Below are positions 1-14,066 of a DNA stretch of 64,000 nucleotides, piece after piece. Source of the DNA: Bugula neritina (lineage: Eukaryota > Animalia > Bryozoa); NCBI GenBank assembly GCA_964035545.1, contig OZ037765.1:23497504-23561503 (forward strand). The letters are read 5' to 3'. Numbering within the stretch: position 1 is the stretch's first letter; the number at the start of each line of letters is the position of its first letter. Both the position numbers and the translations under genes were made by a program. The notes under the pieces were generated by a model. The model ran no database searches, was not told the DNA's origin, and worked only from the letters and a program-made list of their open reading frames with translations.

Positions 1-308
1 AAGAAAATAGTATACCTATGAAAGAAACAGTAAAATTTTGAGAGAAACCATCAGCTAGGATAAATCTAGAAATAACAGAAACAGCTGATTATGCTAAGAA
101 CTATAGTGAAAACTTGAGATTAAGTTGTTCAATATTTCAGGGATGCAAGTTACAAGATTATTAAAAATAATATTAAAACAATTGTACAACCACCAAGAGC
201 AGCTAAGTAATCAATAGAAAGCTCAAATAAATGCATCATATTTGGTAAAATGGACAGTCCGTAGAGAGGCATAAAATTATTTTACAATTTGATTATCCAG
301 GAACACTG

Positions 309-3300
309 CTACACGGTTTCTTGCTCTCCAGGCTGGCTGTATATGTTTCTCCAATCTGTCTTCACTGGTCTGCACAAACCTCCACACTCCACCTCCATAA
401 CATCCACACAATTTTGTAAAATGCCTCGGCTACAGAAACAATAAAGTATTGCATCATTAAAATATCGATTGCCTATTACTAAAATAAAACCACAAAAAAA
501 TAGCAAGTAGTTTGATCTATTGAAAAAGTGATATAGTAAAATGGCAGGGGAGACTTGGCAACAGTTGCTTGTGGCAAATTGTACCGCAGTCTAACAATCA
601 TGTAGGTTTTGGTGATAACATTGTCATTGTATACTAATTACAAAAAATGCTGCGCCGAATAAAATCCATTAAATTTCCCCACCTTTAGGTGTTTCGGAAT
701 TTATAAACAAGTGTGAAGTGGAGTCGTTGCAAAGTAACAACATGACATATTTTAAAAGCTGTAGTTGTCCAATTTTCGCTGCTAATGGCTATATCAAAAC
801 TGTAAAAGTCACTTCAACCATAGCAGCAAACCACAAATGTAGTCATTAAAATTTGCATTTGTGCACTTAAATTTTAAATTTAATCAATTCATTAAGTTAT
901 CGACTTTAAAAGTAGAATGTGTTAGATGCAGTTCTGTACAATAATTGTGCACTTGCAATACCATACTGACCTGTAAGGATTGTAAAACGCCGAGTTTTTA
1001 GAAAACTGTTTATATCTATATAAATTAATTCTTTCATTGGTTGTAAGTCCTAGATAGATGGTCTGCAAAATAGAATTATGTATTGCAAATTAAGATCTTC
1101 AGCATAGACTGTGTGATAATATAATGATGCTACAAAAGTATATATGCTAGTCTAATGTAAAATTAAATATTGACCTGATAAAGCATGTTTCCTAGCAACA
1201 CCCCAACAAACAGTAAATGAATGCAGCAATTTAGGAAAATCCAAGTCACCCATGGACTGCATCTTATTCTGTCCACAGCAATTTTAACCCACTTGTCTTC
1301 ATCTGTCGCACAGCCATTTCTCCAGACTAAAACACAAACGAATAACATTTGCCAGAAAATGTAAGATCAAAATTCCTTTAAAAATTAGTTTTGAACTTTT
1401 TAGTGAAGCCACAATTTAAATTAGACATTCTATTTCAGTATTGCTAAAAGGATTTAAACACAATCTTCTTTGGTAACAATTTAGAAAGGTTGATTTATAA
1501 ATACATGCACTAAAAGCAAGGGGGTTTTACCTAAGACAAAAAGTGGTATATGATTAATGTCACAAGAGTAATTTTAGATAATTTAGCTCTTCAATATTAT
1601 TAGCCATATTTTTATAGTTCACACAATTTTAATAAAGGTATATTGAATAAATTGTAATCGTTTAATGACACCAAAACGTATAAGAGTTTTCACCTACATG
1701 TCACACAGCCATAGGCGCACCACAGAATCATTCCAATCAGATAACTTAAATAGAGAATAAAGTGTCGAGTGTTAGAAGCACCTGAAACATAAGAAACAAC
1801 ATTTTTCAAAGCTAGCCTGAAATTTTTACCATCGTGTCAAATTCCAGATCAGCAAGACTTCTGAGTTTTAGGTAAAAGCATATTAAAAATTTATAATTAA
1901 AGTGGTGACTTTTTTGTATTACATAGAGACATCCTTCTTCACTGTTGAACCTATTGGTTCGGCAATGAGAAGGGAAATGCAGTCAACCATTTGAAATGTA
2001 CCAAGTTTTTGCAATGAACAACAGATGAAATTGAATAGATTATCTTACACGAATAAAAAAAAGCTGAAGCAGCTATATACCTGCCTAGCTTTGATAACTT
2101 CTGGTATTATTTTGAACTGCTTACCAACGCAATTAAATATCCAAGGGCAGTGATGATCAAACTTAGCAACACATTTGTTGCATGTAGAGCAATGCTTGGA
2201 TCTCAAAGGTTTGTGTATAATACAAGTACTACAGAACTGCTCCACACTGATTGTCTCCAACTCAGCCAAATCCAAAATTACCTGCACAATTCAAACAAGT
2301 AAGTAAATAACTCAACTTGAGTAAACAGACCCTTAGTAAATGAGTACTTGAAAAAATTAAGCCGGATAAATATGCAATATTTAAAATAGCATCTTTTGTC
2401 TAGTTCGTTTTGTCTACGGTATTTATTTTCTACACTAACCTATAAAATACCATCCAAGTATAAGTAGGAAAATGCAAACCTTTGATTGTTGCTGCCGATT
2501 AGTCTGTATGAAGCCCGGATCACATTTTACGGCCATGTAAAAGTGATACATGAGAAGGGCGGTGTTGGCAAAGAATGCCAAGTGGATCAGACCACTGCTT
2601 ATATGTGGCAGAACGTAAAAGAACCACGTGAAATACATCCAGGTTTTAGTTGCCAAGTAGATACCAAATGGTATGGTTATACCAAGATTCTCATCAAATA
2701 TATATCTGCAATAGAGCATTAAATAAATAATCAAATTATGTGCCTGGAAACAATATAACTGCTAAACATTTCTATTTCTGACGTCCGAAAACTCTTTCCA
2801 AGTTACTTCATAAATACACAAGACGACAGTCATGGATGAATATTATCAGCATAATAAACTACTTTCCGTGAGAGGAATCATTAGCAACATGTGTTTATAA
2901 GAAAACAAGAACATATGTAATGGTAATATTTCAAGGAAAATCTAAAAATGCACTGTACATCCATGATATAAAAAGTAGAGGTCTACCGTTTAGAATATCG
3001 CCATGAAAGATAGACAAAGCCAAGCAGGCATAGCCTCATCCACCAGTAACACCACCAGTAGTCTGCTTCAAACGTCCAGCCTATTGCCCACAGAACAAAG
3101 AACGGATACGCCATCATATAGTACTTCCTGAACTCCTGCAATATTTATAGCTCTCTAAACTTGCTTTATATCTTCAACAGGTAAAAATTGTTTCTCTATG
3201 GTGAAATAATATGCAATTGCACTGCAGAAAATACAAAAACTCAAAAGTTGATTATAATCTCAGTGCTTAATTACATGCGACAACCGACCAACACTTTCTA

Positions 3301-6300
3301 AATGTTAGCAGTTGCCTGGTTACGCACCCAAGTGAGTTGAATACCTCTACAAAAATCAAACTCAACAGGGCAAAGTTAGCACCGTATAACTGTAATAAAT
3401 ACACATGAGTAATTAAAATGGCGACCTGGAATCTCAGTGGATATCTCACTACACTGTGATATCAGCTGCTCAAATTTTTGATGAATTAATATAGTCTAAT
3501 AACTATAATCTATTCTCCTTACAGAGTTATGCATAGTTTTCCTTTTTAACCACCCTGGGTTATCAAACCCTTTCTCCAGACGCTGTCTAGCCAATTTCTC
3601 AATCAGCCATCGGTTCTTTTTGGTCTTGGCAACGTCTAAAGGTGATTGACCCTGTAAGATTCAAACATGGTATTATGTGTAGAAGAGTTAGCTCCCTAAC
3701 AATTTCAACAGCTTAACAAAAGATTTTATGTCATGTAACAGGAACATTGGTGAATATGTGAGACGAAAACATTGATTGACTTACTGTTAGGTTTAATGCA
3801 TTGAGATCCACATTTTGCTTGCATATGAGAGTCAGTGCTGTGTGATTACTGACTTGAAGACCCCAGTGCAGTGGTGTATTGCCTTGCACTAAGTCTTTTT
3901 TATTAACATCAGCTCCAAGTGAAAGCAACAACCGGGTGGGATCGTAACTAAAGTAAAACATAAGCATTACGGCTTCTAGTAAAGTTATAAGAAAATGATT
4001 ATAAGAACACAATTTTTTATTGAATAAATAGTTGACAATTGGCAAGGACATAATTTCAGCAATAAATAAACCCGGGTTATGCAATTGAAATACAAATATG
4101 CCTTTTTGGAATAATTATAGCATATAAAAAAACTTACTAAGCAGGTTTACAATACATGATATAATTAATATCTTAGTCGTTAGTGTTTGCTTATAAAAAT
4201 TCAGCAAAAAATGTATGACGTAGAAAAGTGATGTGTAGGTAATGCACACATTGTGTTATCAACTTTTAATGTATTCAGTAAAAGAGCAAATATTTAAAAA
4301 AAAATCAAGTTTCAACTGTTAAGAAATGTCTGATTTGGACAACTCACTTGGAGGTTCTGTAACAAGCCCACATTAATGGCGTCATACCGTTGTTATCAGG
4401 AGTATCAACGTCAAATCCCTTGGCAGCTAAATAAGCTACAATCTTACTGTGTCCAAACATAGTAGCCAAATGTATGCACTGGTAACCTAAAATATTATTA
4501 CAGAGTATCAGAAAGAGCTTCATATAAGTGTAGAACTAGAGAAGGGGGGGGGGGTCGCCTACATCCCAAACTTCTAATTCAAAATCCTAAACTCTTATCA
4601 ACATTCAAGGCTAATCAAATTCATTGCCAATTTTAAATTTCAAATAGCAGTTAATATATTTTTATGTCATCATGCTGATACAAGGGCCTCAATAGTTGAC
4701 TTTCCAAAACAGTGTGAAAAGCTTAAACGGAAAATCATAAAGTCGATAAATCTTAAATTTATACTATCAAAACTAATACAAGTAAGACTGTGGGGATTGT
4801 AAGTCACAGGGATCTTTGAAATTGACTCATCATTTTTCAATAAAAATTGAAAACTTACATTTTAAATTGTTGAGTTTTAATGTCGGAAAGTCTGAAAAGT
4901 ATCCCAAAAATGAGTGTAGAATTGCATTTTTTCAATAGAACTTTCTAGTTTTAATGAAACTTAGTGGCATGAGAAGTGATTTGTCTATAACTCCATATAA
5001 AAAGCAGTAGTTCTTCAAACTCAAGACTATAAACTGGAGGTAAGCAAGAATATACGTCTGAGCTACTAGCAGCATACCTTCACCATCGACTGCTGTTGGA
5101 TCAGCACCAGCCTTGATCAACTGAACCATCATAGGCAGGTGACCCTGTCTAGTGGCCCAGTGTAGTGGAGTAGAGTTCAGTGTGCCTCCATACTTGTCTA
5201 TAACTGCTCCATTGCCAATGTATATACTACAAGTACGTGATATAATGGTATATCATGTATGCATTCAACACTCAAACTATGTGTTTATTGTTGAGACTCA
5301 ACATGGTATAGTCTAAGGGGATATGGAGCTTAAATACTGGAGTATTATAAATATTAGCCTCGAAAGAACTCATTACTGTATGACAATTTGGTGAAAATTA
5401 ATAAATTCAAACATGAAACAAAACCGTTGTTTTCCATTGGAATCTTTCAAGTACGACTCTTTACTGGTCAATCTTTATCTTCCACAGATTTACAAACATA
5501 CATTTACAAATATATTTCAAAATACTTGTATCAAAACAGATCATTTATCTGAGTAACAGTAACTATTCCCAGCTCACCTGGCTATTTCCTTTCTGTTGTT
5601 TATGGCTGCCCAGTGTAAAGGAGAAACTCCATCTGAGTCCAGCTCATTAACATCTGCTCCCTGCTCCAGCAGTTCCTGAACTCTCTCTAAGGAACCTGCA
5701 ACATTTTAGTGTTAAGATAAAAATTCCAGTCAAATATTACTCCGATTACTCACCACATTGCACCACAAGGACCTGGTGTATACAAGCCTTTGACATTGAG
5801 TCTATTTTAACATGAGATTTTTGATTAATTTGACAGCTGAAGTACTTTTGTACTACCTATCTTATATGACATACTATGACTATAGGAGGCAATCCTGTGT
5901 GACTGCCATTCTCTGCACATTAGTCAGTCATATGAGTAGCGCTTAGCATTTTCCAGATTATCAAAGTAGCTACTACTTGAAGTACTAATACAAATATATA
6001 CACCATTAAAGCTAAATAAATTATATATGTCTACATGTAAACCTATTATACATTGATCTTATTGGCAACAGTAATTTAACAAAGATGTTTGAAGCAAACT
6101 TGGTTATTAATAAAAACATGTTCAGCAAAAATCTACAGCAATGAAAACATAAAAAAAATTAAGGCAATACTCCATCATACCACTGCAGAAAGTTGAAACT
6201 ATTATGTATGGTCTATAAAGTTTAATGAAGTTGAAAAGCAACATATTAAAAGCACTCGAAGTTACAAAATGCGAAGAAACATAATTGATTTGACACAGAA

Positions 6301-8272
6301 TGCCCATGGTTAGCTAACACTTGAGTTTATACTCACCATACTGTGTAGCTTTCTTCAAGTCATATGTTGACGTGTCGGCTTCAGGAGCAGCAGTAGCTGC
6401 CTGGCGCCGAGCATCTTGTTCTCTCTCATACTCTAAATACAGAGGGTCAGAAGGGTCGACTTTCTCCTGTACAGGATATGGTTTGTATGAGTCATAGGGG
6501 GAGCTGCTGTACGTATTCTACAAATATACACATATAGTTAGTATGGAACTCACACTAAACCAGACACACTCTGATTAAATATGATAACACAATTCAATTC
6601 AATAACTTTGTTTTGAGATGGACTATTTAAAATAGACCTAGAATTAAAATAGAAACTATGTAGACCAATTTCTTCCTTATTATTGTAAAACTGTTGCTAT
6701 AAAGTTTATTTAGAAAAATATTTTAAATCCTCAGGTAACAAGATTATCTCTTTTATTAGTATGTAATGACTATTGATTAGCAAAATAAAAGGTAACAAAT
6801 TCCATTACACAACAAATGTAGTTTTGTGGAAACACATAAATTATTGTCAAAATTATGTAACAAAGGTCAGCATAGTATTGTTTTCAAGCAATAATCACAT
6901 TTCTTTTAATTCTGGACAATAAGTGACTATCATTACAAGAAAAAATCAGAAAATTTCAGAAATTTTCCTTAGAGCTTGTCATTACCTATATTATAGGCGC
7001 AACTTTCTGAGCTAATGTTAGTCATACATTTGTTTTGACAGTTACTTTTGTAATTGTCAACAGTAAATATGAATTCAGTTCTACATATGATAGCATTTGA
7101 TCAAATGTCGGGATGATTAGAATTGCTTGTTGCGGCTTGTATTATTAAAACCAACTAATTACTATGTTATACTAAACTACTATCAATGAAAATCATACCC
7201 CAATGTTACTGTTAATAAAATTAATTCTAGTTCTTAATTGATCGACCATTTAAAAATTTATTCTCTTGACAATTTACCATAGATTCAAGTTATAGTTACA
7301 AAAAAATCTTACATGTTGAACCTGGTCAGTATACTTGTTTGACTAATATGTATAATGAATGTAACTATGGTATGATGCGTGAAACAATTACATTTGTTTA
7401 GCCTTTAGGTAAATTTAATTGTTATGTTGGGTTTATGTTTATGTTTTTTAATGTCGACACTCAAAGTACACTCAAATTTCATATTCCAAATTATGTGACA
7501 TACTGATGATAATGATAATTACTTTAGTTTAATATGTATAATCACTGTTATTCTAATGATAATGACATTCGAGTACTCCCAATCACACTGATACTAACAG
7601 TAACACTAAGGTCAATAGTAAAAATCTCATACAAATACAACTGATAAAAATTCAAATGTTAAGTTTATTAAAAAATTTAAAAATGAAACAGAAACATATA
7701 TTAAATTTAATATTATTCTACTTACTTATACAGTTATAGCTATATTCTACCAGTGCCACTATACCCCTACAGATATTCATATTGATAATTAAACAAACTT
7801 CCATATGCTATTCAAACTGATAGCGAGTTTTATATTCATTTATTGATATATTCAAATTCAAATTGAAACTCAGTTTGACACATTGGCACTTTGACTTTGA
7901 TTTATCTTAGGAAGTTTGACTAAAAGTTGAGTTAGTGCTAGTAATACAGACAACAACACAGTTATAGGCTACTGTTTATGCTATTGCTAGTCACTTAGAG
8001 TTAGTAACTCTTAGACTTGGAGTTGGACTTAGAGTTGCTGTTGGTTTAACTTTAAATTTTCATCTTGATCTTCATCTTGAACTTGGAAGTTGATTTGTAG
8101 ATTTTGCATATTCGAGCTGAATGGAATCTTAACAGTTAACACTATTAAAAAGTAAGATAGGCATCAAATAATAACCATATATCAAAGTAATAGTCAAATA
8201 CTAAATCATCTATACCTTGCTAGCTGCATCTATCAGCTTTTGAGCTGGGTGACATTCTTTTTCCTGCATCAT
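309..8272 (-). CDS. ZDHHC17: Palmitoyltransferase ZDHHC17/HIP14-like (ankyrin repeats + DHHC domain), multi-exon, complete CDS
   Basis: Spliced exons give [13 protein letters not shown]..., DLKKATQYG, ankyrin motifs [23 protein letters not shown] and NTPLHW, and the DHHC domain [38 protein letters not shown]. The C-terminus is ...CRPVKTDW...QETV-stop at 309. Junctions checked were GT/AG and phase-compatible. Confidence 0.93.
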
Positions 8273-9420
8273 GGATGCATCCCTGTTGAGTATTTTGTCT
8301 GATTAACGGAAGTTCGATAGTCGCTGTATATATATATGGGAAAACAACTCTGGTGAGCGGTGTTGAACACCTTGATAGCAATAACAAATAAATTAGCATT
8401 CTTCTATTTTCAGGAAAGAGCCAACAATGTTTTCATCATGCATATTATTATTATTCAAATATTTGGCCAAAAAATCATGCTTTACAAATGTCAAAAATTT
8501 TATTCAGAAGAGCTATAGTTTCACAGCTAATTTAATAAGCAATTCTGTGTTATATTTATTATGCCCATGCGCCACTAGCTGTCCCAACAACATACATAGA
8601 ATGATGGGGAATAGCAGTTCTTTTTGAAAGAATGTTAGACAATTACCTTTAATCAACTCATAAGGGTTGTAGCTGGCTTGGCTAGAAACTTATATAATTT
8701 TCTTACTATTGTAGTTGATTTGTGTGTATTGGCATGCAAATTAAACATTATACACAGGTATATGAATGCATACTTCATGGAGCATGTTACTGTTGACAAA
8801 CATTAGCTGCTGGCAAACATTAGAAACTTTTGAGGAATGTTAGTGGTTAGGCTTTTTCTCCATGTAAAAGTGAATTTCCTTGCCAGTTGCTAATGTTGTT
8901 TGCTTTTCCATAACTGCAACGACAATAAAGAACTTAATTTAAGATTTGTTTCAGGGAAAAGAATTATGCTTTTAAATTTCACTGAGCTTGAAATCATCAT
9001 TTTAAAGTTTCATATTTGTAAATATCATTAAAGTTTTATTATTGGAAGCAAGGGGAAATAGATATTTATTAATACGTTATTCTGTATTTTTTTACATGGA
9101 TGATAATGCAGAACAATGGAAATAAAAACCAACACTTTTTTGAGATACTATAATGAAAAAATCACATCATATATATATATAATATATCGAAAGTCTTCAG
9201 ACTGTTTCACTTTAAAAAAAACAAGCAACCAGATAAATACTTAACACCTTATTCTGTTGATTTATATTATGTAAGATATAGTAGAGAAAAAATAGTACCT
9301 TAGATGGCTATCACCAATATAATATGTCTATGATAAAAAATTTAACATAATATATTTTATTAATAAGCTGCATGTTTTATTGATATTTTTGAGTAAAATA
9401 ATGATAGAAAATCTAAGTCA

Positions 9421-12400
9421 TCATTTAGGCCGAGCAGGGGGGGTTTTGAGGATGCCTCGTGCTCGTAGAGATCGGACTATCAGTGGAACACATGATAGGG
9501 TAATTCCAATCCTCACTGGAGCAAAGATTTTATGTACAGCATATGCAACTGCAAATGTGGATGCTTTTTCTATAGATGATTGGGCAATCCCGAGTGAGAT
9601 GTTGAAATACTGTAATACGCTGACTATGCCTACATTACTACAAGCAAAAATAATCAAAACATTAATTACAGACATGCAGCAATTTATTATAATTTACTAG
9701 CCCATGAATCTTATTATTGTTATATATGCTTTAGTATTTCCAATTACTCTATTTTCAAATTGCCTAAAGACTCTAAAAAAAACTTTATTCTTGCATAAAA
9801 ATGCAATTACCAAGTTTTAACCATTTCAAAAACATGATCTCAATTCTCATACAAAAGCAATCTATAGAAAAAATACTTGCAGCAGCTAGCGAGTGTGCAT
9901 TATGAACAATTATTGAATAAAGACATGGCTAGTGCTGCCTCTTACCTTGCAACCAAAGTGTAGAAAATTCCTAAAGAAGTTAGAGCTATTCCAACGTGGA
10001 ATACTATTACAATTGAACCATAATCTCTGACTGCAGCCTTTAATCTAGCCACTCTATCATGTTTTTTACTATTTTTGTCACCTCCAGGAGATGATGACAT
10101 TTCACTAGGATTGCTTTGAGATGAGTTAAAGTCATTTGCAGAGCTACTGAACCTTAGTATGTGTTCAGTGCCTACCTGCTGTTTTCTGGCAGCATTTGCG
10201 TCAGCAGCCACCTTCTTTATCTCAATGTCATATTGCAAAAAGATTTGTGCTAATGAAATTCTTCCTGCGATATACCTACAAAGTAAATTGTCAATTTCAT
10301 AATTATTGAAAAACAATATAAAGTTGTAAGCTGCCAAGTCCACAAATATGCATTAGAATGTTTTAGCTACTACTAATAAAATATCACGTTATTTTTAATC
10401 AAGATTTAAAGTAATTAATCTACAATTTGCATATTTAAAGAAAAAGTATGTAATTTTAAGCAGTTAAGATTTCACTTTTGCATTTCAAAAACTGGAACAG
10501 CTCATATGAAAATGAGGTAGGTGTAAAATATGATGGTAAAGCAGAGCGTAATGTACCAGCAGAGTTAATCCCCGAGTTCCAGGAAACATAAATCAAAACC
10601 AAAGGCAACACTAAGAACATGACTTCAGAAACCCACTAAAATATTTGCATATATTACATGTAATGTTATATATATGTAGCCTTTATAACCGAAAGATTAG
10701 AAAGATATTGCGAAATGCACCACTAAATGAAGCATAAACCATAAACTGAGTACGATGAAGGATTAACTGCAACCAGCTTAAACTTGACATAACCAGCTGA
10801 TCAGAAATACTTGTTGGTTTAAAATAAAAACAGTTGCATTGAGAGATTTCCACCTGGAGTTCAATATATCAGCTTGTTTGCAAGCATTCAAAAATCAACA
10901 GTTGGTTTATATATGCTATTTTTTACAATAGGAAAATCATGCGATATTATTACAATAAAAATTTAGTAAACATTTATGAATTAGTGATTGAAACTTGAGT
11001 TAGACTACTCACTCATTAGCCATTTGTTCACACTCCTGGCGGTCTCCGTATTGGAGGCAAGTGGACAGCCACAGTCTAAACTGTTCACAGTCGTCTCCTT
11101 GAATACCTTGTGGACAGGGACCATGCAGCATTCTCTCAAGATCACTTGTGAAGCAGTAAGTCAAGTTGCCTGCAACATGTCAAGATGATGTACAACAGGG
11201 TAGATGTAAAATGAAAATTGATACAAGACACACCAGGCAAACCATGGGATATTTGAAAATACGAAAAATTTATAGCTATTATGCCAATTATTATTATAAT
11301 AAACAGAAAACATAAAAAGTACACTAACGTAAGGATTGAAAGAAGTAATTAGGGGTGATTTTTTTCATACTTGAATGCACCTCCTCAATATTCAATTCAA
11401 AAATTTTTCATGCGTTGATAAAACTTTATTCTGTTTTGAAATTTTAGTCTTACTAATCTTTCCATGTATTGTAACCTACCATGTTCATCAACATTCAGCA
11501 TCTCATCCTTCATTCCTGCTATAGTTGTATATTCTCTTTTGTTTTGAATATCAGAGATCCGTCCCTGAGTATATTTGTCCTGCATAAAATGTAACATTGA
11601 TTTACCTTTGAGTAATGGCAACCCTTCTCAGTGTAATATTTGATATTTGGAATTATAGAAACTTCTGTTAGACGCAACCACAGAAAAAAGTTAATTTTCT
11701 ACCAACTACATTCTGCAGAAAAATTAAACTTATTTTACACCTATATTATTCTGATTCTTTATCAATTTAAAAAAATCAAATTGGTAGTTTAAATTCGATA
11801 ATTCCTGTTACATTGCGAGTCAAAAGCTTTATTCATTGGATTTCCATAAAAATAAAAAAGACTAAAATATTCCTGAGCAAATATACAGTTACATTGAGAA
11901 ACCCAAACTTACTTCAATCCGATTCATACCACCTGGCATGTTTAAATGTGGTGGAGATTTGCCGTAAGGCTGGGGCACTTGGGACTGCATACATGATGAA
12001 AGACTGACACTTGGCATGTGATTGTATACATCTGCATGGTGCTGTGCAGCTAAATCTGACTGATAGTGGTTCGCTGTTTGATGCCTTTCCCCATGCTGCA
12101 TAGCATCAAATTGTTGCGATGCCTGCTCACGCTTGTGACTGCTGCCAAATCTGTGTATCGGCTGACCAAAGGTCTCATTTTCCTGTGTGTTGATAGAGCT
12201 CTTGCTAAAAGGTTCAGCCAGCTCCTGATCACCACTTTTCCCATTTTTCATGCCATCATCCCCGCTACTGCTGGTGGTACCTACGCCCCGAGCAAATGCT
12301 TCTATGGACATACTAGGTGGACGCTGACTGCATGCGGACATTATTGAGCTCATACGGGTGTGCAGTAGATAAGTGCTAGCCATTCGAAGTTGAGTTTGTC

Positions 12401-12548
12401 CACCATTACCTCTGGTATCCATGGCAACATTACATCTTAGCTGGTCAACATTATTTCTGAACTGTAATTGCCTTCTGTGGTTCATCAATTGGCGACTAGC
12501 CAAAGATTTGTTCATAAATGGTAAACGCATTGTGATGATTTGTGCCAT
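9421..12548 (-). CDS. FAM210B: FAM210B-like (DUF1279) mitochondrial membrane protein with long N-terminal extension; 5 coding exons, 479 aa
   Basis: Exons 12548-11913, 11579-11480, 11169-11013, 10275-9946 and 9637-9421 join in phase (1440 nt). The C-terminal LKAAVRDYGSIVIVFHVGIALTSLGIFY...ASTFAVAYAVHKIFAPVRIGITLSCVPLIVR matches the DUF1279 pattern. The Arg-rich, acid-free N-terminus resembles a mitochondrial presequence. Confidence 0.85.
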
Positions 12549-13476
12549 TTTCAGTTACAACATTCCTCTATTCATTGATGCGTTAAAATAAAAACACTAC
12601 TTCTTTCCAAATTGGTCTTTTACAGGGATAATAAAATCCCTCTTTGTTCCGGATGAGTAGTCCTAGACTCTGTAATAAAAATTATCAACTAGATGACTGC
12701 TACATTCAACTTTAGTTTTGAATTAAAACATCCTATGTATGAAGGATATCATTTAACCAAGAGCGAAAATCTTCATAATTAATGAGCTGATGAGTAGTTG
12801 CCACTGATAAGTTTTAGTGTCAGAATTATGAAAAAAGTTATCAATTTCAAGAGATGCCAAGGTGGAGTATGTGACTTTTTAAAATTGATATAGCAAATTT
12901 CAAAATCTAGATCAAAATTTTCAAATACTATTAGATGAAGATCTAGTTTACTTACTAGTTTTTAAGATTTTATAGTAAAAAATACTGGATTAATTAATAA
13001 TCAAACTTGGGTTTAACATTTATTAGTTATGCAAATTTTGCATCTAATAATGAGTTTTTAGATAATGATTGCCAAAATCATAATCATTTGTTCAACAAAA
13101 ACAGTCATATTTATTTTTATTTAAAAATGCAATAGATTAATATCAGAATGGTATATTTAAGAAATTGCAACTGAAGTCAAACAGCATATTTTATAACAAA
13201 AAGACCAATGTTTTGATCAGAAAAATTTTAATTTACGACTAAAAGTTTGGTGCCGTTCATAAAATCAATAAAAAGCATTAATAAGGCGTATCATCAAATT
13301 TCTATGGCTCAGCTAAAAGACTTCGGTTATAAAATTAAGCAGTTAGGACTACTATAACCTTTCAATTTGGGGTTTAATAATTTCTCAAATAAACAATACA
13401 TCATTATTGCTGTCATTGTTTCATTCTAATTCTCAACTTTGAAATTGAAATTTATTTGCTTTTTTCATCATTTCAT

Positions 13477-13477
<1 letters not shown>

Positions 13478-13516
<39 letters not shown>
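13478..13516. repeat. (ACT)n microsatellite, about 13 units
   Basis: Perfect actactact... run read directly from the sequence. Confidence 0.9.
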
Positions 13517-13517
<1 letters not shown>

Positions 13518-14066
13518 GACCTAGTTGTACAACTAAGTGGCTTAGTAAATTCAACAGTATCAGTTACAGTATGACTATCAGTGTCACCATGAGTATCAGT
13601 AACACTTACTCTTAGAGTTAGTCTTTTAGTAACTACTGTAAGTGTACTGAGACTGTGATTGAGAATGACTATAAAGTCTAAGTGCAGTGTAACACTGTCA
13701 CTAAAAGTAATACTAACATTATGACTTATCAGTAACTGTAAGTGTATGAGTACCACTGTTACATTCACTTTCACTGTAAGTGTATCAGATTCAGTGTAGC
13801 TCTAACTGTAAGTGTATGGCTAATGAGTAATGTCAGTCTGAGTATGACTATCACTACCAGTATCACTATCAGCATGAGCATGAGTTTAAAAGTAAAACTA
13901 AGAGTAAGAGTTTCAGTTTGAGTTGGGAGTATCACTATAACTATCACTATGACTATGCAAATATACTAATAGTAATAGTAATACTAATACTAATAGTAAT
14001 ACTGATACGCGTATCATTATGAAAAATTATCATACTGATGCTGATAGTGAAGTGATACTGATACTC

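Noticed and set aside
13433-13774. 113-aa minus-strand ORF with poly-Ser
   Set aside because: It is an artefact of the triplet-periodic low-complexity tract and the (ACT)n run. It has a non-ATG start and no recognisable homology.
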